Of a stretch of 64,000 nucleotides of DNA, positions 57,260 to 64,000 are shown piece after piece; the stretch's first letter is position 1; the number at the start of each line of letters is the position of its first letter. The translations under genes were made by a program, and so were the position numbers. Source of the stretch: Blastocladiella emersonii ATCC 22665 (Eukaryota; Fungi; Blastocladiomycota). The stretch is taken from assembly GCA_025594325.1 (NCBI GenBank), contig JANHCV010000001.1, forward strand, positions 2,232,001-2,296,000, given 5' to 3'. The notes beneath the pieces are model-generated. The model was not told where the DNA came from and did not search any database. It saw nothing but the letters and a program-made list of their open reading frames with translations.

Positions 57260-60167
57260 TCAACGGGTTCGCGTCCGTCCGCGCTGGACCTGGGACGTAT
57301 CCTCGTCCTCGTCGTCCTCGATCTGGAGCACGGTCCCTTGCCGCGCGCTTGGCGACCGGCGCGACCCGGCCTCGTCCTCCTCGTCCTCGTCGTCGAGGAA
57401 CCCGTCGAACAGGACCTCGCGGTCGTCGAGCCCGACGCGGCTCCCGCCGCCGCCGCGGAGCTCCTGGAACTCGTACTGCCGCGGCCCGTTGCGGGTGTGC
57501 CACCACTCGACCAGCGGGTTGTTGGTCAGGCGGCCCGACCGCACCAGCTTGACGAGCGCGCCCATGGCCGCGCCGCCCGCGAATAGGCCCGCGACGAGAG
57601 CGATCGCCGTCGTGTTGCCCATGCCCTCGTCGGTCGGCGGCGTTGGTGTGGTCGAGATGGGCGCCGAGGTCACGGTCGAGGCGGCCTTGGATGACGATGA
57701 TGCGGTGCTGGCGAGGGAGGAAGAGGGGCTTGGTGGCGGCGAGGGTGGTGCAGAAGTCGGGCGCGGGCTCTCGGACAGGGACGGCGCGAGCGTGCCCGTT
57801 GGCCGGGACGGCGAGTCGGTCGGACCCGCGGTGCCCGCGCGCGTCGGCACCGCTGTTGGCTGTAGTGGCGGCACAGGACTTACGGGATCGGTACCGTTGG
57901 TGGGACCGCTCGGCATCACCTCCATGGACACCTGGAGCGACCATCCGACAAACGTGCCGTCCTCGTCGGGGTTGGTCCAGTCGCTGACGACGAGCGTCCA
58001 GTCGCCGACGGCGGCCTCGTCCCAGTGCTGCACGGTCGAGAGCGTCCAGTTGCGGAACCCGAAATCGCTCATGTCGTAGGGCCGGCGCGTCATGAGGTTC
58101 GACACGACGCCGGCGGGCGACACGAGGTCGATGAGCACGTCGCCGCGGCGGTCGTGGTCGATCTCGACCGTCACGGCCACGTACTCGGTGCGGTTCGCGT
58201 TGCCGCGCACCGCCGTGACCATGTCGGGGGTGACGGTGATGGTCGAGTTGACGGACCCGAGCCCCGCCGCGGGCACCTCGGGCGGCGGGGGCGGCGACGT
58301 GATGGCCTTGTCGACGCGCACCCACGGTGTGGACAGGAGCACGTTGGGCCCGACGTTGCGCGACACGTTGCGCGCGGCGAGAACGAGGCGCTCCGCGTCC
58401 AGCTTGCCGTAGCCGAACTTGTGCGCAAACTGGCGGCCCGACGGCAGCTTGGCCCACGTCGTGCCCGCACCGGTCGACGACGACTCGAACGGGACCGCGT
58501 TCTCGATGATGAGCCGCTGCACGGTGCGCCACGTCAGGTCCGGGCGCTCCGACAGCACAAGAGCGATGATGGCGGCGCCGATGGGCGCGGCCGCGGACGT
58601 GCCGCTGTGCGTGTCGACGCACTGATCGGTACCAATGTCGGTCGTGAACTACATTTGGCAAAGGTGAGCGATGCGGACCACGAAACCGTGGAAGCTGATC
58701 GTACGATGGCGTCGTGGCGCGCGCTGCCACCACTGTACGTGACAGCGAGCTGAGCGGCGCAGTTCTCAGCGTACCACGGCGACGTGTCGTTGCGGTCGAT
58801 GGCGCCGATCGTGAGCGTGTAGTTGGAGTTGGCGTAACCGTCAGCGTTGCAGTCGTCGAGGTGCTGGCCGCCGTTACCCGACGCGAACACGTAGATGGAC
58901 CCGAGTCCGCCGCGGCCCTTCTCGACGGCGCGCGCGAGCGCGGACTGGACTAGGTAGGACGGGCCCTCGACGGCGGTGCCGTCGTCGCTCGGGCCGAACG
59001 AGCAGCTGTAGATGCTGTTGACCTGGTCGGCGTGTGTGTAAGCGCTGGCCTCGTCGGCCGTCGATAGCGGGCCCGACAGGATGCGCAGGCCCGCGACCTT
59101 GGCGTCCAGCGCCACACCGACACCGCACGCGTTGTTGACGGCGGCGGCGACCTCGCCCGCGCACCGCGTCCCGTGGTAGTCGTCGCTGAGGCGCGGGCGC
59201 GGCAGTGGGTCGTGGTCGTTGAAGTCGTAGGAGCCCGCGGGCTCGAACTTGTCCTTGAGGTCGAGCGCCGTGAAGTCGAGGCCGTCGTCGACGAGCGCGA
59301 CGGTGACGTTCTTGCCCGTGGCGCCCAGGCGCCAGGCGGGGAGGACGTTGATGTCGGATTGTCGGCGTTGCGTATTGTACTAGGCGGGCAGCGCAGCGAC
59401 AGGCAGGAATGAGTAAAACAGACACTCCATTGATCGATCATGAACGGATTCGGCTCGACAGGCAAGTAGACGATATGGGCGGGATAGACGGGTTGGAGGA
59501 CGAGCGAGCGGGGGCACGACGACATGGACCAAGGAGCACGGCGGCGCGCAAGGATCAATCAACGAACCAGATGCCACTGCCGCGGGAACCCCGGGTCGTG
59601 GATACCGAGCTGCTCGACAATGGCGCCGGCCTCGTCGGTGCTCAGCGTGGTGCGCTTGTGCAGGCGCCTGTGCGGCACCTGCGGCTCGATCTCGGCGACG
59701 GCCCGGTGGCGGGCGAGCTGGTCGCGCTTGTGCAGGATGTGCATCTCCTCGTCCTCGGGGTGCACGGGCGACCGGCCGTGGAGCGAGACCGCCTCCCACT
59801 CGCCAGCACCGTGCGCGTGTGGCCGCGGCGCGCGAGAACTGCGCCGCGGCGCGCGGACCAGGTAGTGGTGGTCGAGGTTGCCGACGCGCGCGACAAACTC
59901 GAAGCCGTGCTGGTGCGCGACGGCGCGCGCGGCGGCCTCGGACGTCGCGTACTCGCCGCCGCCGACCTGGTGCGGCGCAATGGCGACCGAGTAGTAGAGG
60001 AAGTTGTCGTGGTCGAGGCGGTGCGGCCGGTGGCCGTCGACGGGCGCGGCGACCTGGAGCGACCTCGCGTGCAGCGCCCTTGCCTCGGCGCGTGGCACGG
60101 CCAGCGCGACGGCGAGGAGGCACAGCAGCGCGACAATCGACGGTCTTGGTAGGCGGAGCAGCTTCAT
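57260..60167 (-). CDS. KEX2: Kexin/furin-like proprotein convertase (S8B) with P-domain and TM anchor
   Basis: Signal peptide, prodomain ending LHKR, triad VDDG / HGTRCAGEV / HSGTSAAAP, oxyanion ASGNGG, P-domain HDRRGDV...WTLSTVQHWDE, S/T linker, TM helix, acidic tail. Several introns. Confidence 0.95.
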
Positions 60168-60897
60168 GGTGGGGTGATGCGGTGCAGGTGTGTGGGGTTG
60201 ATCAGGCGCGTGAGCAGCAGGCCCGCGCGACTGATGGACTCTAGGCGGAGAGCGACTTGACTTTGAAGAAGGTGGGCGGGCACGAAAGAGAGAGGGAGGG
60301 CGGGCGGGCCGGCGCAGGCGCGTGCGTGGCGCGGCTCGAGACGGGCGCCTTGGCGAGCGTCACGTGGTGCGAGACGTCTGCTGCACGTGCGGCGCGGCGC
60401 GTCTCGCAGCTCGCGTCGCCGACGCGTCGCGCCCGGCCTCGCGCCCTGCCTCGCACCGATCGCGTCACCGCCGCTTCCGCGACCATGTGCGGCGCAGCGG
60501 GGCGTGACTGCACGGATCGAAAAGGCCTCGTGGCCTCCGCCGCCGCGTCGCCCTGATCGCCCCGCCCCCGCTATCGTCGCCATCGACCGTGGCCAGCGAT
60601 GGCGGTCCGCGAACACGTGTCGCCGGGAGGAGACGAATACTGTCTCCAACCGCGCCCCCGCAATGCATCGACGGCGGCCGCCTCCGTGTTTGCGTCACGC
60701 GTTGGAGACATGCCCGCACTTGAAAGTGAAATGTTCGATCTGTTGCCGCCCTCGTGCCAGACAATCAACGCTCATGAAATAGTCTCCACTCTAGAGCCGG
60801 CCGTCGCGACTCTCGACTTCCTGCAACACTGGCCCTCTCCACAACTCGTCCTTGGTGACGACCAGGACGACGACTGTTTCCCTCTGCCGCCACCACC

Positions 60898-63800
60898 ATG
60901 CCATGCTTGCGCCTATGTTTCCCCGGATCGGTTAAGCAGCGTGACGCGCTGCTGCAGCCCGACGAGATCTTCCGCCTCGTGTGTGACGCCGTCAAGGCCG
61001 ACGATGTCGCCACCGTCCTCAAGTACCCGCAGACGTGGGCCCAGCGCAACGCCGACGGCAGCGCGCCCGTCCATCTCGCTGCACTCCTCGCCACCCCGAC
61101 CGTCCTGCTCGCCATGATTCGCGCCTACCGCGAAACTCCGTCGGTGGCCGCTGCCGCCGGACCCGGCCTCTTCGACCTGATCGACCGCCAGGGCCACTCG
61201 GCCCTCCACTGGGCCGTCATCCGCCAGCCCGAGCTCGCACCCGCCCTCCATGAACTCGTCGGGTCAACGCTGTGCAACCTGCAGACGCTGACCGGCGGCA
61301 CCCTGCGCAACCTCGTCAACCTCGCCGCGTCGTGCCCGATGGTCGAGGGCCTGCAGCTCCTCCACGACAAGATCAGCGGCGACCTCTTCATGGAGATGGC
61401 GCTCGCGACCAACTCGACGGGCATGGACGCGCTCGACCTCGCCATCGCGTGCAACCACGCGCCGCACGCCCGGCTCCTGGCCGGCTTTCTCGAGGCCCGG
61501 TCCAAGCTCGACACGGCGCGCCGCGTCTTCGTGTGCATCAACCACGGGTCCGCCATGGGCCTGCAGCTGCTGCTCGCCATGGACCACGCCGGCGTGCGCA
61601 AGGCGAGCGACGCGCGCGGCCTCGGCCCGTTGCCCGCCATCTGCCGCCAGCCGTCCGAGGCCGCCATCTCCATGCTCGACGCGTGGAACGTGCGCGGCGA
61701 CGCCGACGGGCTCGACGTCGACCCGCAGCTGCCGCCCGCCCTCATGGCCGCCGTCGAGGCGGGGCACCACTCGGTCGTCGAGTACCTGCTCAAGCTCCCG
61801 CACGCATCGGCCGCGTGCAGCAGCAAGTCGCCCTCCGGGTTCACGCCGCTCCATGTCGCCGTCGAGGTCAACCAGGCCCACCTCGTCGAGCTGCTCCTCC
61901 CGAGCACGCCGTCGCTCCCCGACAAGCTCGGCCGGCACCCGCTCCACCTCGCTGCCGCGTCGGGCAACATGCAGCTCGTCAACAAGCTCATCAACCACTA
62001 CATGAACGTCAACGTCCGCGGCGAGCACGGATACTCTGCACTGGTACGGTTCTCCCTCCCCGTGTGATCGTACAGCGGCTAACCATTCGTCATGTAGCAC
62101 GTCGCGTGTATCGAGGGCCACGCGCACATCATCTCGATCCTCGCGGGCCACCGCGCCAACGCGAACCAGCTCGACGACCACGGGTACGCGCCGCTGCACC
62201 TCGCGTACCGCGCCAAGCAGTTCGAGGTCGCGCACGCGCTGATCCTCGCCGGCGCCCGCGGCGACGTGCGGTCGCGCGAGGGCAAGCGCACCCCGCTGCA
62301 CACGGCATTCCTGCACCCGCCATCCGCGCCACCATCCGCCACGGCGACGTTCAAGACGCCGGTCCAGCTCGTCGCCGCGCTGCTCAACGCGCCGGGGACT
62401 GACCTCGACGCGCAGGACGACGCGGGGAACACGGCGCTCCACGCCGCCGTCGCGCAGGGCAACGTGCCGGTTGCCCGGTTCCTCCTCGAGCAGTCCAAGA
62501 CCGCCGCGGGGTGCATCCTCAACACCCTCGGCCTCGCGCCCGCGCACATTGCCGTCGCCAACGCGCAGGCCGCCGCACTGATCCCGCTCTTCTCGTCCAA
62601 GGCCCTCTGCACGCTGTCCGCACATGGCCGCACCGCGTACGATCTCGCGGCAGCCGCGGGCAACGCGGATCTCGCCAAGCTGATCCGGTCGCACGGCGGG
62701 CTCGACGGCGTGCAAGCCGCACAGCTCGGCAGCGCACTCACGCGGCCCGTGGAGTCGGACGTCACCATGACCAGCACGCTCGGCCGCGATGGACCCGGGT
62801 CGCCGCGCCAGGTCCACATGGGCGGCGGCAAGACCATGGACGCCGAGTCGACGACGACCACGGCGACCGGCGGCGTCCACGGGCCAGGGTCGCACCTGTT
62901 CAGCAACGACACGGACCTCGTCACGGCGTACGCGCGCTCCCACAACGCGTCGCGCGAGACGGCGACGCATGAGGCCGGGCTCGCCGCGGACGCGCCGCTC
63001 AAGGCGGCTGCCGAAGTCGCGGGCGCGGCTGCGTCGACCGTGGTCGTGGCCCAGGTCCTGCTCGACGCCGACGTTGACCCGATCGCGGCGTACATGGCTG
63101 CGGCGCAGCCGCCCGCTGAGAAGTCGGCCCAGCTGCCCGTCATGCTCGAGGAGGAGGACCCCATCGCGGCGTACCTCGGCGGGAACAAGGCGCCCGCGGC
63201 TACCGAGCCCGAACCGGCTTCCGCTGCGGTCGTAACTCCGCAAGTCGACGCCGTGGTGGCCGACGACTTTGACCCGATCGCCGCTTACGCGTCGGCCAAC
63301 GCGCCTGCCCCGACACCCAGCGTCATCCGGCCCAGCACCCCGCCGGCTGTCCTCACGCCCCAGATGCCGCAGCGCGACGGGTCCGCGAGCTTCGAGGTGA
63401 TCGAGCTGGCGGCGCTCGCTCCATCGAGCCCCTCGGCCGTCGCTGTCCCTGCAACACCGACACGCGCGGCCATCGCGGTCGCACCGCACTCGCCGCCGTC
63501 GACGCAGCGCAAGGAGCTCGAGTCGCCGGCGCTGATCCAGCTCCCGTTGACGGGCCCGAGCCTCGCCACACCGACTGTTCCGCATGCACCCTCGGAATGG
63601 GTCATGTCCGACGCAATGACCGACGCAGTAGCGGCGCTCATCCCGCCAGAGCACCCGATGCGCACCGTGGCTAGTTTCCCTGAGCAGCTCGCGAACTCGC
63701 CGAGCGCCAGCGGCCGCCATGAGCCCCTTCCCGTCGCGTCGTCGGTGCCTGCTACATCGCTCGGCGACATGGGTCTGCTCGATGTCATCGCGGCTACCTC

Positions 63801-64000
63801 ACTGGCGCCAGCGCCAGCGCCAGAAGCGGGGGCCGAGACCGTCGAAGTGCAGCCGTCTGCGCCCATGGAGCTCTCGCTGCCGCCGCTCGCGGCCGAGGCC
63901 CTGTCGGACATCAACCTCGAAACCACGTCGCCGCGCCTCACGCACGTCTCGACGGCGGGCCACGCGCTGTCGGTGGACCAGCTCACGTTCGGCACCGAGC
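60898..64000 (+). CDS. Ankyrin-repeat protein with low-complexity C-terminus (start uncertain; runs off window)
   Basis: Repeats GHSALHWAV, GFTPLHVAV, GRHPLHLAA, GYSAL|HVAC (intron ~62044-62097), GYAPLHLA, GNTALHAAV, GRTAYDLA. Confidence 0.85.

Noticed and set aside
1-64000. rRNA or tRNA genes
   Set aside because: No recognisable cloverleaf, A/B-box or rRNA signatures by eye; tRNAscan-SE/Infernal would be needed to exclude them.

Overview
Gene-dense, very GC-rich eukaryotic DNA. Short (~55-110 nt) GT..AG introns with GTACGC-type donors and CTRAC-type branch points, plus a myosin-motor chitin synthase, point to a fungus, probably early-diverging (Blastocladiomycota/chytrid-like; inference). 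About 25 genes are supported: CSN4, RAD6/UBC2, HEI10, mitochondrial uS2m, a C2H2 TF, a rhomboid, an HSF-type TF, a TBC RabGAP, an Abf2/TFAM-like HMG protein, RPB4, OCT1/MIP, SED5, MSH5, a BuGZ/ZNF207-like protein, a TMEM220-like protein, a class V/VII chitin synthase, endonuclease V, KEX2 and an ankyrin protein. The standout accessory locus is a minus-strand Fanzor1-like (eukaryotic TnpB/Cas12-related OMEGA) RuvC nuclease gene at ~3554-6390. It shows a D-E-D catalytic triad, a zinc finger, NLS-like motifs, probable introns and a hairpin-rich 3' region that is a candidate omegaRNA. No transposase is evident in the window. Two further items stand out: an apparently catalytically intact rhomboid fused to a Prp19-type U-box, and a four-copy tandem family (41.1-46.6 kb) with SUMO-site/SIM-rich tails, a conserved upstream motif, one broken splice donor and one pseudogene with a precise intron loss. 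All family assignments come from motif recognition by eye; no database searches were run.
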